DNA of 64,000 nt from Thermoplasmata archaeon (lineage in GTDB: Archaea > Thermoplasmatota > Thermoplasmata > Halarchaeoplasmatales > Halarchaeoplasmataceae). Location of the stretch: contig PWHR01000046.1 of the NCBI GenBank assembly GCA_003554965.1, positions 56,149 to 120,148 of the forward strand, written 5' to 3'. The notes beneath the pieces were generated by a model. The model was not told the origin of the DNA and ran no database searches. It saw only the letters and a program-made list of their open reading frames with translations. The translations under genes and the position numbers were made by a program. Positions 9,435 to 18,532 of the stretch are shown here, in pieces. Position 1 is the stretch's first letter; each line of letters opens with the position of its first letter.

Positions 9435-12400
9435 GTGAGTAAAGGCTTATCCGAGGTAGGAGATGAGAAATTGTGTGGAAAATACCTTAAAGCTAGAAAA
9501 CTTGCAAGAGAGATGGAGGAGAAAGCCAAAAAAACCGCTCAATTAAAAGAAGAAGCTAAAAAAAAGAAGGAGAAGGTAGAAGAACTTTTGAAAGCTTCTA
9601 TGCAGATCGACATAGAAGTGGATGTCGAGATAGATGAATATGAAATGGAAGAAAAGATCGACGAAGCTAAAAAAGAGATCGATGGCAAGAACTTTGAAGA
9701 AGCTGAAAAAAAATTTAATGAAGTCATAGACCAGCTTCAAGAATGCAATTTTGCTAAATTCGAAAAAATCATCGAACCAGTAGAAAATTATATAGAGTTT
9801 GCCGAAAAAGATTCAAAATCTGAAGAATTAGAGGGAAAGATAGAAAGAGCTAAAGAGCTGATCGAAAAGGGAGAGATTGAAGAAGGGTTCGAGATAGCCG
9901 AAGAAACTAGCCAGGAAGTGGAAGAAACAATCGAGGAAAGAATAGGGGAAGAGTTGGAAGAGATTCAGTCATTAACAAGAACGATCGACCGATCAGGTGT
10001 CCCGATAGAGGAGATCGAGAAGATCATATCTAAAGCCGATTATGCCTACGATGCCAGCGAATATGAAAGGGCGATGTCTTTGGTAGAGGAGGCTAAAGAA
10101 TCCCTAGATGAAGAATTATCGGACGATTTAGAAGATATGTTGAATTCATTTGAAAAAAGGATAGAAAAGTTCGAAAAGAAAGGAATGAATGTTTCTGAGG
10201 TCCAAGAAGATCTAGAAGAAGCGAAAAAAAGAGAGGATGAGGATGAATACCGAATAGCCCTCAAATATATCCAATCAGGAAATGAAAAATTGGATGAATT
10301 CTTTATAGATATATTGGATCAAAGTATCGAAGAACTGAAAGATGAGATTGATGAAGCTAAAGATATAGGAGCCTCTACTGAGGAGGTAGAAAAAAAGTTA
10401 GAAGAAATAAAAGAACTGAGGGAGGATCAAAGATTCCAGAAGATGAGTGGGCTCCTAGACGAAGCTTTTGAGGAGATAAGTGAAACAAAATTCAACATGG
10501 TTTTGAACACTATAGCCGATTCGCGAGATTATTTCATAAAGGCTAAAAATATAGGAGCCGATATCAAAGAGCCGATGGAACTTTTGAGCAAAGCTAGAAA
10601 CTCCTTGAACGAAAGAAACTACAAAAAAGCTTTGGACTGGGCTGAAAAGGGCAGAGAAAGAGTAGAAGGGCTAGTGAAAAAATTTGAAGATTGTCAGGAT
10701 GAAATAGAAGATAAGAAAACCAAGATGGATGAGTTAAAAAATATCTTGGACATCGATCTTTCAGAAGAAAGAGATACAATAGCAAAGGCAGAGTCGAAGT
10801 TGATGGGTGAAAAATACGAAGAGGCTAAATCTATCCTTGAAGAGTTCGAGGAAGTCTTCGATAAAAAAATTTATGATGAGATAATGGAGCATATCGATGA
10901 GCTAGACAAACTCATTATGACTGGTTCTGAGATTGATGTTAAGACTGAAGATACTTCTCATGAATTTAATCAAGCGGTTGAAAGTTCTAAATCTTCAAAT
11001 TTCATAGAAGCTGCTCAGACGATAAGAAAGACAAAGAATAAGATGGTGGAGAGGATAGAAGATGAATTGGGGAGTATGATCCAAGATATAAGGAAAAGCC
11101 TGAATATGATAGAGGATATCGAAGAGAATCAAAGAGGGGATATCCAGGATTTATTGGGGAAAGCAGATAATAAACTATCCTCTGGAAGATATGATGAGGC
11201 CGTGAGATTGGCAAAAGAAGCAGAAGAACAGCTAGATTTGGCTCAGATCGGGAGCGCTGAAAAACATGTCCAAAAAACCATCGATCTTGTTGAGCGTCTA
11301 GAAAAGATCGATATAGAGGATGAGGAATTAGATCTTTCGTCCTATAGAGAGAGGATAGATGGAGCAAAACAAAAATTGGAGGACAAAGAACATGTCCGAG
11401 CTGTTGATGATGTAGATCAAATGAGGGAAGAGCTGAACGAAGAATTAGAAGATAAGGTGGAACAGTTGTTCGAGGGGGCAAAAAAAGAAACAGTGGTAGC
11501 AAAAAAAATCGGAGTCGATATCGAGGACTTTAGAATGAATTTGATCGAATGCAAGAAAAAGATAAAACAAAACAACCATCTAGAAGCTGCACAGATCGCC
11601 TTTGACGTTAAAGAGGGTGCTAAGGAACTCCATAAAAAAAGAAAGGAAGCCTATGATATGATTTCCGAAACTACTTCAAAGCTAAAATCGATGAAAGAGG
11701 AGGGGAAAATCGACGATATCTCAGAACTTAAAGATTCTTTGAAGACAGCTAAAGAGGATTTTGAAAACAAAGATTATTCATCAGCAAAGGAAAGAATCGA
11801 AGAGATCGACTTGAAAATATCTAGTATGAGAAAAATGGATATATTCGGTAAGAAGAAAAATGAGATATTTAACAGGATGAGGGAGTTCGAAAGTCATAAG
11901 TTTGGCATAGAGAGCTTCGATGATATAAGGCAAGAAATCGAAGAGATCGAGTCAGATGCGAAAGCTGAGGAAGCATATTCTAAAGCCTTGATGAAGTTGG
12001 AAGACTTCGGGAAGAAGATCGATGAGAAAGTTAAAGAGATCATAGAAGATCGATTAGATGATATCAGGAACACCATAAAATCAGCAGAAAAATTAGCCAT
12101 GGATACCCAAGAAGTGTGGGAGCACGTGAAAGAAATCAAAAAATCTGTAGAAGAAGAAGATTATAAAGAAGGCTTAAAGATATTGGAAAAATGCTACAAA
12201 AAGTTAGAAAAACTCAAAAGCAAATACGAAAAGGCACAGGATTTTATCGAGAAAACAGAGGATGAACTTCAAGAAGCTGAAAATATAGAGGCTGACGTTG
12301 AGGAGGGGAAAGAAGCCCTAGAAAAAGCGAAAGCCGCATTCAAAGGTCATCGATGTGAAGAAGCTTTACAGAGAGCGAAAGAAGCAGAAAACAGTTTGAG

Positions 12401-13838
12401 AAAAGCACAAAAAGAAAAGGTCGATAATATAATTAAAAGGTTCAAAGAAAAAGTTTCATCCTTGAGAAGAGACCAAGATACTGCCCTTGCTAATAATCTT
12501 TTAAATAAAGCACAGAAAGCGAAAGAAAAAGGTTCATACAAGGAGGCCATAAAGTATTCGATGCAGAGTGAGGGTGAGCTGGAGAAGATGGAACTTCAGC
12601 AATCTGTATCGAAGAGGAGTATCTCGAAAGCAGAAGAAAAGATAAAGGAGGCAAGAGAGAAAGGACTCTTGATCAACGACCCAAAAAGAGCATTTCAGGA
12701 GGCAAAGAACTCATACCAAAGCGGCTTTTACGTTAAGGCATTCGAGAAAGCTTTAGAAGCTAGTCAAGAGTTGAGTCATTCTATCAAAGATTTTGAGTAC
12801 ACAAAAAGATTCTTAGAGAATATAGAAACTGCGATATCGGGATTGGAAGAAGAGGGTAGAGAAATAACTGAACTTGAAGACATCAAGGATGAGGTAGAGC
12901 AGGAATACAATAAAGGAGATTATGAAGCGGCTAAATCAAAGGTTAAAGAGGCTGAATACGTTTTTCAACAAGAAAAAGAAGCATTGGTGAACTTCATATC
13001 TGAAGCAGAAGAAAAGATCGATGAGTATGGGGCGAACGATGAATCTGATCAGAAGATAGATAGAGCTTGGACCCTTGTAGATCTAGATCAACCACTAGAG
13101 GTCATCTGTTTGATAAATAAAGCGAAACAAGTTTCTGGTTTACAGATGCTAGAAGGATATGAAAACACTATCGAAAAAGTTCAAGGGCTGGTCGAAAAGG
13201 CTAGAAAATTTGGAGCTTCTGTAGAAGTTGTAGATAAGGAGATCAAAGAGGCAAAACGAATGGAAGAAAATGAAAATTTTGAAGATGCACTCGAAAAGGC
13301 CAAGGATGCTTTAGAAAGTGTAGAAAAAGCTCTTGAGCCCTACAGCCCAAAGATAGATGTGGAAGTGTCTGAAGCCCTCGATCTATATCGATGGAATTCC
13401 ACTAAAGTCAAATTGGAAAATACCGGAAACGGTTTCGCTAACGATATTGGTCTGGATATGAAAGGAGGGGAAATCGAGGGTTTCGATGTAAAAGACAAGA
13501 TGAGAGCAGGAGAAGTGATCGAAATAACAGGGATGATAAAACCGATAAACGAAAACGCAAAGGTCATCGGAAAAGCTCACAGGGTGTTCGATCAAAAAGA
13601 ATTGATAGACAAAACAGATATCAAAATCAAAGGTGAAGAGACCGAAGAAGAAAAGACGATATGTGAAGCATGTGAAAATGAGATCAAAGGGTCCGATAAA
13701 TTAAAATCCTGTAAGGATTGTGGGACTCCGTTCCATAAAAAATGTCTGGAGGGAAAAGAGATATGCCCGATTTGCGGAGAAGGTCTGAAGACCGAGGAAA
13801 AGAAGAAAAAAAGAAGGTTGGACATGGGTCTAGGATAG
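9435..13838 (+). CDS. Giant acidic helical-repeat (K/E-rich) protein with C-terminal beta-domain and C4HC3 RING/PHD-like zinc finger; function unknown
   Basis: 1467 aa. About 10 degenerate helical-hairpin repeats share the core [KR]xxxxxxxYxxAxxxxxxAxxxL. C-terminus reads CEAC-x11-CKDC-x4-H-x2-C-x6-CPIC. Confidence 0.6.
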   Translation: MSKGLSEVGDEKLCGKYLKARKLAREMEEKAKKTAQLKEEAKKKKEKVEELLKASMQIDIEVDVEIDEYEMEEKIDEAKKEIDGKNFEEAEKKFNEVIDQLQECNFAKFEKIIEPVENYIEFAEKDSKSEELEGKIERAKELIEKGEIEEGFEIAEETSQEVEETIEERIGEELEEIQSLTRTIDRSGVPIEEIEKIISKADYAYDASEYERAMSLVEEAKESLDEELSDDLEDMLNSFEKRIEKFEKKGMNVSEVQEDLEEAKKREDEDEYRIALKYIQSGNEKLDEFFIDILDQSIEELKDEIDEAKDIGASTEEVEKKLEEIKELREDQRFQKMSGLLDEAFEEISETKFNMVLNTIADSRDYFIKAKNIGADIKEPMELLSKARNSLNERNYKKALDWAEKGRERVEGLVKKFEDCQDEIEDKKTKMDELKNILDIDLSEERDTIAKAESKLMGEKYEEAKSILEEFEEVFDKKIYDEIMEHIDELDKLIMTGSEIDVKTEDTSHEFNQAVESSKSSNFIEAAQTIRKTKNKMVERIEDELGSMIQDIRKSLNMIEDIEENQRGDIQDLLGKADNKLSSGRYDEAVRLAKEAEEQLDLAQIGSAEKHVQKTIDLVERLEKIDIEDEELDLSSYRERIDGAKQKLEDKEHVRAVDDVDQMREELNEELEDKVEQLFEGAKKETVVAKKIGVDIEDFRMNLIECKKKIKQNNHLEAAQIAFDVKEGAKELHKKRKEAYDMISETTSKLKSMKEEGKIDDISELKDSLKTAKEDFENKDYSSAKERIEEIDLKISSMRKMDIFGKKKNEIFNRMREFESHKFGIESFDDIRQEIEEIESDAKAEEAYSKALMKLEDFGKKIDEKVKEIIEDRLDDIRNTIKSAEKLAMDTQEVWEHVKEIKKSVEEEDYKEGLKILEKCYKKLEKLKSKYEKAQDFIEKTEDELQEAENIEADVEEGKEALEKAKAAFKGHRCEEALQRAKEAENSLRKAQKEKVDNIIKRFKEKVSSLRRDQDTALANNLLNKAQKAKEKGSYKEAIKYSMQSEGELEKMELQQSVSKRSISKAEEKIKEAREKGLLINDPKRAFQEAKNSYQSGFYVKAFEKALEASQELSHSIKDFEYTKRFLENIETAISGLEEEGREITELEDIKDEVEQEYNKGDYEAAKSKVKEAEYVFQQEKEALVNFISEAEEKIDEYGANDESDQKIDRAWTLVDLDQPLEVICLINKAKQVSGLQMLEGYENTIEKVQGLVEKARKFGASVEVVDKEIKEAKRMEENENFEDALEKAKDALESVEKALEPYSPKIDVEVSEALDLYRWNSTKVKLENTGNGFANDIGLDMKGGEIEGFDVKDKMRAGEVIEITGMIKPINENAKVIGKAHRVFDQKELIDKTDIKIKGEETEEEKTICEACENEIKGSDKLKSCKDCGTPFHKKCLEGKEICPICGEGLKTEEKKKKRRLDMGLG

Positions 13839-14395
13839 ATGAATATACATCATCGACATATAAAAGTCTACTTTTACACACCTGTTGTGCTCCCTGCTTA
13901 ACATATACCTATAGAGAATTCGATAGTAAATTTGAGGAAATAACGGCATTGTGGTTCAATCCAAACATCCATCCATTCAAAGAATATGAAAGTAGATTTT
14001 CAGCTTTGAAAAGATATGAGGAGAAAACAGGTCACGATGTTATCTATATCGACATTTACGATCTAGAAGGTTTTTTAGAAGGAATATCGGAGATGGAATC
14101 TAGATGCAATTTCTGCATCGAGTGGAGATTCAGAAAAACAGCTGTTGAGTGTGTTAAAAGAGGATTCGACTCATTCTCCTCCACATTGATCCTATCCCCA
14201 TATCAGGATCATGATCGTTTGAAAAGGTTGGGGAAAAAGGTTGCAAAGGAAGAAGGGATAGAGTTCATATATGAAGATATGAGGGATGGTTTTGAAGAGC
14301 ACCATCAGTTAGCCGATGAGATGAATCTTTATAAGCAGGGCTACTGCGGCTGTATATTCAGTGAAAAAGAGAGATATCAAAAGGATTTAAAGTGA
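13742..14395 (+). CDS. queH: QueH-like protein (DUF208; epoxyqueuosine reductase family)
   Basis: Contains LLLHTCCAPC, the DUF208/QueH signature, plus additional conserved Cys residues. There is no in-frame ATG/GTG/TTG between 13838 and that motif, so the start must lie inside the preceding gene (overlap of at least 76 nt). Confidence 0.55.
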   Translation: MSGGKRDMPDLRRRSEDRGKEEKKKVGHGSRIDEYTSSTYKSLLLHTCCAPCLTYTYREFDSKFEEITALWFNPNIHPFKEYESRFSALKRYEEKTGHDVIYIDIYDLEGFLEGISEMESRCNFCIEWRFRKTAVECVKRGFDSFSSTLILSPYQDHDRLKRLGKKVAKEEGIEFIYEDMRDGFEEHHQLADEMNLYKQGYCGCIFSEKERYQKDLK

Positions 14396-14403
14396 TCCTT
14401 GTC

Positions 14404-15189
14404 TTATCCTTCTCTGTAAAAAGAACCTTCTCCTCCTCTCTCTTCGATCTTCTTTACCGCCTCTTGAGCCTGGTCTTCGAAGATCTCCTCAGCTTTCTTG
14501 TAATCCTCTGACTGTATTTCCACCCTGTATTTTGGTGCAGCTACATAATTAACTTCCACTTTTGAATCCTCTGTATCCTCAAAAGCTGAGAGGGCGTAAT
14601 TGATATCATCGATGCCGTCCGGGTTCGTAGAAGATATCTCCACAAACCCATCGATACTTACGTACGGAGGAGATATATTTTCTTCAGCTACATCAATAAA
14701 ATGATCGATCCAATCCCCTTCAAACCCATCTTTCGCCAATATTTCCGGGTCTAAAGAACACTTTTCGAAGGCTTTATAGAGACTTCCGTACTTATCACTC
14801 AATTCAAAAGCGAATTCTTCATAACACTCTTCCTTGTCTTTACCAAACCTTTCCGCTACGATACTTAGAAGATTATCGGCCTTCTTCTGATTCTTCCAAG
14901 CCTGTAATTTTTCTCTCTTCTGATGTTCATTCACTTGTTTCAAGGAAAGATCGATATGTCCTTTGTGTTTATCAACACGTAAAACCTTACAGACTCTTTT
15001 TTCCCCTTCCTGTATATGATCCTTGATCCTCTTCACCCATCCAGAGGATATTTCAGATATATGGACGAAACCCTCTTTTCCATCGTACTCTTCCAAAGTC
15101 AAAAAAGATCCAAAATCTTTTACAGTCTTTACATTACATATGACGAGTTCGCCTTCGCTAGGCCATTCATACTCTTCCGTTGAGGTCAT
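14404..15189 (-). CDS. eif2a: Translation initiation factor 2 alpha subunit (aIF2-alpha)
   Basis: 261 aa. N-terminal S1 domain (GELVICNVKTVKDFGSFLTLEEYDGKEGFVHISEIS), helical domain and C-terminal alpha/beta domain. Confidence 0.9.
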   Translation of the reverse strand: MTSTEEYEWPSEGELVICNVKTVKDFGSFLTLEEYDGKEGFVHISEISSGWVKRIKDHIQEGEKRVCKVLRVDKHKGHIDLSLKQVNEHQKREKLQAWKNQKKADNLLSIVAERFGKDKEECYEEFAFELSDKYGSLYKAFEKCSLDPEILAKDGFEGDWIDHFIDVAEENISPPYVSIDGFVEISSTNPDGIDDINYALSAFEDTEDSKVEVNYVAAPKYRVEIQSEDYKKAEEIFEDQAQEAVKKIEERGGEGSFYREG

Positions 15190-15377
15190 GCTCCGCCCTC
15201 TTCAGGAGGTTCGATCTCTTCGATTACCTCTGCCTCGAACTTCCCTCTGCCCCCTGTCGGCTTTGCCAAAGAAGCTCCACAGACCTGACAGTCTACCTGT
15301 TTCGAGAGCCGCTTGAAGGTTACCTGTTCGTTTTCACAATCCGAGCATTTTATCTTAACAAATTTCTTTTCAGACAT
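15186..15377 (-). CDS. rps27e: Ribosomal protein S27e
   Basis: MSEKKFVKIKCSDCENEQVTF...CQVCGASLAKPTGGRG is a C4 zinc ribbon. Start taken at the internal Met. Overlaps the aIF2-alpha start by 4 nt (ATGA). Confidence 0.85.
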   Translation of the reverse strand: MSEKKFVKIKCSDCENEQVTFKRLSKQVDCQVCGASLAKPTGGRGKFEAEVIEEIEPPEEGGA

Positions 15378-15397
15378 TTTTACACCTCGATATCGCT

Positions 15398-15676
15398 TCA
15401 ACCTTCGAACTCGAATCGACCGGCTCGCTGACTTTTTTTCTGCCAGCTCTTTCCACACTCTGTACAGGTGTAAATCAGATAAACTCTTTTTACAGGTTTA
15501 CCTGGGCCGGAGGGTTTAGACCACGGAAAACCTCCGTAGCCGGAAGTGACTCTCCTAAAACGCCTCTGACCTTTTCGTAGTTCGCTCCCGGGCCTGTTCT
15601 TTCCCTTGCTCAATTCCATCTGCGTGTGCGTGTCACAGTTAGGACAGTAATCTTTTAATTTACGTGGTTTCTTCAT
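15398..15676 (-). CDS. rpl44e: Ribosomal protein L44e
   Basis: MKKPRKLKDYCPNCDTHTQ...YTCTECGKSWQ...AGRFEF. Start taken at the internal Met. The L44e-S27e-aIF2alpha order is conserved in archaea. Confidence 0.85.
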   Translation of the reverse strand: MKKPRKLKDYCPNCDTHTQMELSKGKNRPGSELRKGQRRFRRVTSGYGGFPWSKPSGPGKPVKRVYLIYTCTECGKSWQKKSQRAGRFEFEG

Positions 15677-15749
15677 AGTGAAAAGTCCAAACAACGGTCC
15701 ACTATTAAAACCTTACCCCATTTCCATTTGGAATTTTTGTATTAAAAAC

Positions 15750-15756
15750 TTATATA
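15750..15756 (+). promoter_or_regulatory. Candidate archaeal TATA box (with A-rich BRE) for the SRP RNA gene; possibly shared with the divergent L44e operon
   Basis: TTATATA is preceded by AAAAA, about 22-27 nt upstream of the inferred SRP RNA 5' end. It lies in the intergenic region between the divergent L44e gene and the SRP RNA. Confidence 0.3.
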
Positions 15757-15774
15757 CCACATGGCCCTAACAGA

Positions 15775-16097
15775 GTGTTGCTAGGTCTAACCGGGGCGGT
15801 CGGCGTGCCCTTATACACCGAAATCGTCGATACGCGGGGGTGACCACTAGGGGCGGTGTAATCAGCCCACCATCGAGCCAGATCCAGACGATGAGACTTC
15901 GTCCTTCGGGATCGGAGGTGACTTGAGTGACGATCGGAGGGTCGTCCCTCTTGTCTTAGCCAGGTTAACCAGGCCAGGCCCGGAAGGGAGCAGCCGATAC
16001 CTGGGCTGCCGATGCTCGAGGGATAGCGGGGTCGAGGATGGATCTGGGGTCACTTGATGGTGAGCTGAGCACCCACCCTAGTGACCTAGCACTTAAC
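15775..16097 (+). ncRNA. ffs: Signal recognition particle RNA (archaeal 7S RNA)
   Basis: GC-rich island in an AT-rich genome. Contains the universally conserved domain IV motif CCAGGCCAGGCCCGGAAGGGAGCAGCC (compare E. coli 4.5S CCAGGUCAGGUCCGGAAGGAAGCAGCC). The 5' segment GUGUUGCUAGGUC can pair with the 3' segment GACCUAGCAC to form helix 1. Ends are uncertain by about 15 nt. Confidence 0.75.
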
Positions 16098-16106
16098 AAC
16101 TCTCTT

Positions 16107-17000
16107 TCAGTCGTATTTTGTACAGATATAAATCCCTATAAGCGTGATCGTCCCTCCAAGAACCGTCAATCCTGGAGGGATCTCTCTAAGGATCAGAAAT
16201 GCAAGAACTGATGCTCCCATGGGTTCCCCTAAAAAACTTACAGATATTATCCGGGCTTTGACATGTTTTAGACCCCAATTAAAGAAAGTATGACCAAATA
16301 CAGTTGGGATAAGGGCTAAAGCGAAGAACAGCAGATATTCTCTTGCCGGGTAAACAGCGAAGGTGGTCGAGAAAGGTAAAGAGAATATTGCGAGGAAAAT
16401 AGAGCTGAAGAGATAAACCACGAAGGCATAAGGAATCACGTCCATCTTCTGTCTTATCTTTCTACCTCTCAATATGTATCCCGCCATAGCTATCATGCCC
16501 AGGAGAGCCAGCATATCACCAAAGAATGCCCTACCGCTGACTCTATAATTGGAAAAAGTCATCAATACCACTCCTATCAAGGCTATGCCTATCCCGGAAT
16601 AAGCTTTCAAAGAAGTCCTCTCCCCGAGATACCAACTGGATATCCAAGCGACAAGCAAGGGATGTGTACTCACCAATATCGAAGATGATGCCACGGAAGT
16701 GTGATCGAGAGAAGCTATCCAAGATGCAAAATGTATAGCCAAAAACAGTCCTGTTGTTATCAAAGTCAACCATTCTCTTTTGGTAGTCTTTTTCAGAGAC
16801 TTTAGATGAGGAGGTATGAATATCCCAAGTATAGCAGCGGAGAAGAACATCCTGTAGAAAGCGACCGCTATAGGATGAGAACCGGAGAGCCTTATGAATA
16901 TTGCTGCGAAGGATACCGCCACAATAGCGATCGGTATCACGGTATGAGCGGTTACCTTTTTACGATCTTTTCCTTCCAATAGATCCCTTATAGACTGCAT
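16107..17000 (-). CDS. EamA/DMT-family transporter
   Basis: 297 aa with about 10 TM segments and two EamA-like halves. Confidence 0.7.
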   Translation of the reverse strand: MQSIRDLLEGKDRKKVTAHTVIPIAIVAVSFAAIFIRLSGSHPIAVAFYRMFFSAAILGIFIPPHLKSLKKTTKREWLTLITTGLFLAIHFASWIASLDHTSVASSSILVSTHPLLVAWISSWYLGERTSLKAYSGIGIALIGVVLMTFSNYRVSGRAFFGDMLALLGMIAMAGYILRGRKIRQKMDVIPYAFVVYLFSSIFLAIFSLPFSTTFAVYPAREYLLFFALALIPTVFGHTFFNWGLKHVKARIISVSFLGEPMGASVLAFLILREIPPGLTVLGGTITLIGIYICTKYD

Positions 17001-17089
17001 CTGACGCTCTTCTAAAATGCTTTGTATAAATCAATCTTTCTACTAACTTCGAACGAATATTTTTAATAAGTTCATGACTATTCGATATA

Positions 17090-18532
17090 TTGGTTAAGAA
17101 AATGAATAGGGGATTAGATGAAAAAAATATGCCTTTACACCTTGATGAAACTTTAATAGCTAGTTTAAAAAATAAAAAAGGGGTGTGTTTAGTCGACGGA
17201 GAACACTATCCTCCCGTCACCAAAGCCACGCTCCAGGCTATTGAAAAAAAAGGCGTTGATATTTCTGCACTGATATTTTTAGGAGGAACTGAAAAGATCG
17301 AAGAACCTTTAGAGGAGTTAAAATTCGAAGATCTGGATGATGACCTTAAAATTTACTCAGGGGAAAATATCCTTGAAACGATAGAAAAAGTTCTGAACGA
17401 AAAAGAAGTAGACCTGGTCATCGATCTTTCGGATGAGCCTATTGTAACTTATGAAGACAGATTCCAGATAGCTTCTTCAGCTATGGATCAGGAAACCGGC
17501 TACCTAGGCTCAGATTTTATCTTAAGGCCACCAGTACAGGAAGAAATCCTAGAAAAGCCGAGTCTATCTATAATCGGCACAGGAAAAAGGATAGGAAAAA
17601 CAGGAGTGAGCGTATCTATAGCCCGGATATTGAAAAAGAAGGGTTATGATCCAGTTATAGTCTGCATGGGTCGTGGAGGACCGCAAGAGCCAGTTCTCAT
17701 CGATACGAGCGATAAGAAAGTCGATGCGGATACTCTTTTGGAGTTGTCTGAAAGCGGAAAACATGCAGCCTCAGACTACCTTGAAGATGCTCTACTCGCC
17801 GACGTTCCCACCATCGGATGCAGAAGATGTGGAGGAGGTCTGTCAGGCAATCCTTTTTCTTCAAATGTGTTGAAGGGAGCTGATATGACCAACGATCTTC
17901 CTCAACGATTCGTCATAATGGAAGGTTCTGGATCTACTTTACCACCGGTGAAAACTGATTCTAGGATAGTCCTTATCGGGGCAGCACAACCATTAGATCA
18001 TATCATCAAGTATTTCGGCCAGTACAGGATCAAAACTTCTGATCTGGCGGTGGTGACCATGTGTGAAGAACCTATGGCGGGGGAGGAGAAGTTAAACAAG
18101 ATCAAAGAGGGAATAAAAAATATCAAGCCAGAACTCGATTACCTCCTCACGAAATTCAGGCCAGAACCATCTGAGGATATCTCAGGTCAAAAGGTGTTTG
18201 TTGCTTCTACAGCCCCTGAAACGATATTGCCAACTATTGAGACATACCTCGAAAAGAATTTTCACTGCGACGTTGTTGGTTCTACCAACAATCTATCAAA
18301 TAGGAAAAAATTAAGAAGTGATCTAGAAGAGGGGATGAGATCTACTGATCTACTCCTGACTGAGATAAAAGCAGCTTCTATCGATATTGCTGGAAAGTAC
18401 GCTAAAGAAAGAGGTGTGGACATAAGCTTCATGCACAATGAGACCCTTGTCATAGAGGGGACAAAAAACAGTCTAGAAGAGGCGATAATCCCTTTATGCG
18501 AGAAAACCTTAAAGAAAGGTGATAAAAGATGA
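17090..18532 (+). CDS. cpgS: Cyclic 2,3-diphosphoglycerate synthetase-like protein (COG2403 family)
   Basis: 480 aa with a P-loop-like IGTGKRIGKTG. Length and organisation match cDPG synthetase. It is directly followed by, and overlaps, a 2-phosphoglycerate kinase-like gene, the pairing seen in Methanothermus. Confidence 0.5.
   Translation: MVKKMNRGLDEKNMPLHLDETLIASLKNKKGVCLVDGEHYPPVTKATLQAIEKKGVDISALIFLGGTEKIEEPLEELKFEDLDDDLKIYSGENILETIEKVLNEKEVDLVIDLSDEPIVTYEDRFQIASSAMDQETGYLGSDFILRPPVQEEILEKPSLSIIGTGKRIGKTGVSVSIARILKKKGYDPVIVCMGRGGPQEPVLIDTSDKKVDADTLLELSESGKHAASDYLEDALLADVPTIGCRRCGGGLSGNPFSSNVLKGADMTNDLPQRFVIMEGSGSTLPPVKTDSRIVLIGAAQPLDHIIKYFGQYRIKTSDLAVVTMCEEPMAGEEKLNKIKEGIKNIKPELDYLLTKFRPEPSEDISGQKVFVASTAPETILPTIETYLEKNFHCDVVGSTNNLSNRKKLRSDLEEGMRSTDLLLTEIKAASIDIAGKYAKERGVDISFMHNETLVIEGTKNSLEEAIIPLCEKTLKKGDKR

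Noticed and set aside
11002-11502. 166-aa minus-strand ORF inside the 1467-aa gene
   Set aside because: It is an antisense artefact of the K/E-rich coding sequence.
15862-16053. 63-aa minus-strand ORF
   Set aside because: It lies entirely inside the SRP RNA gene. It is a GC-rich artefact.
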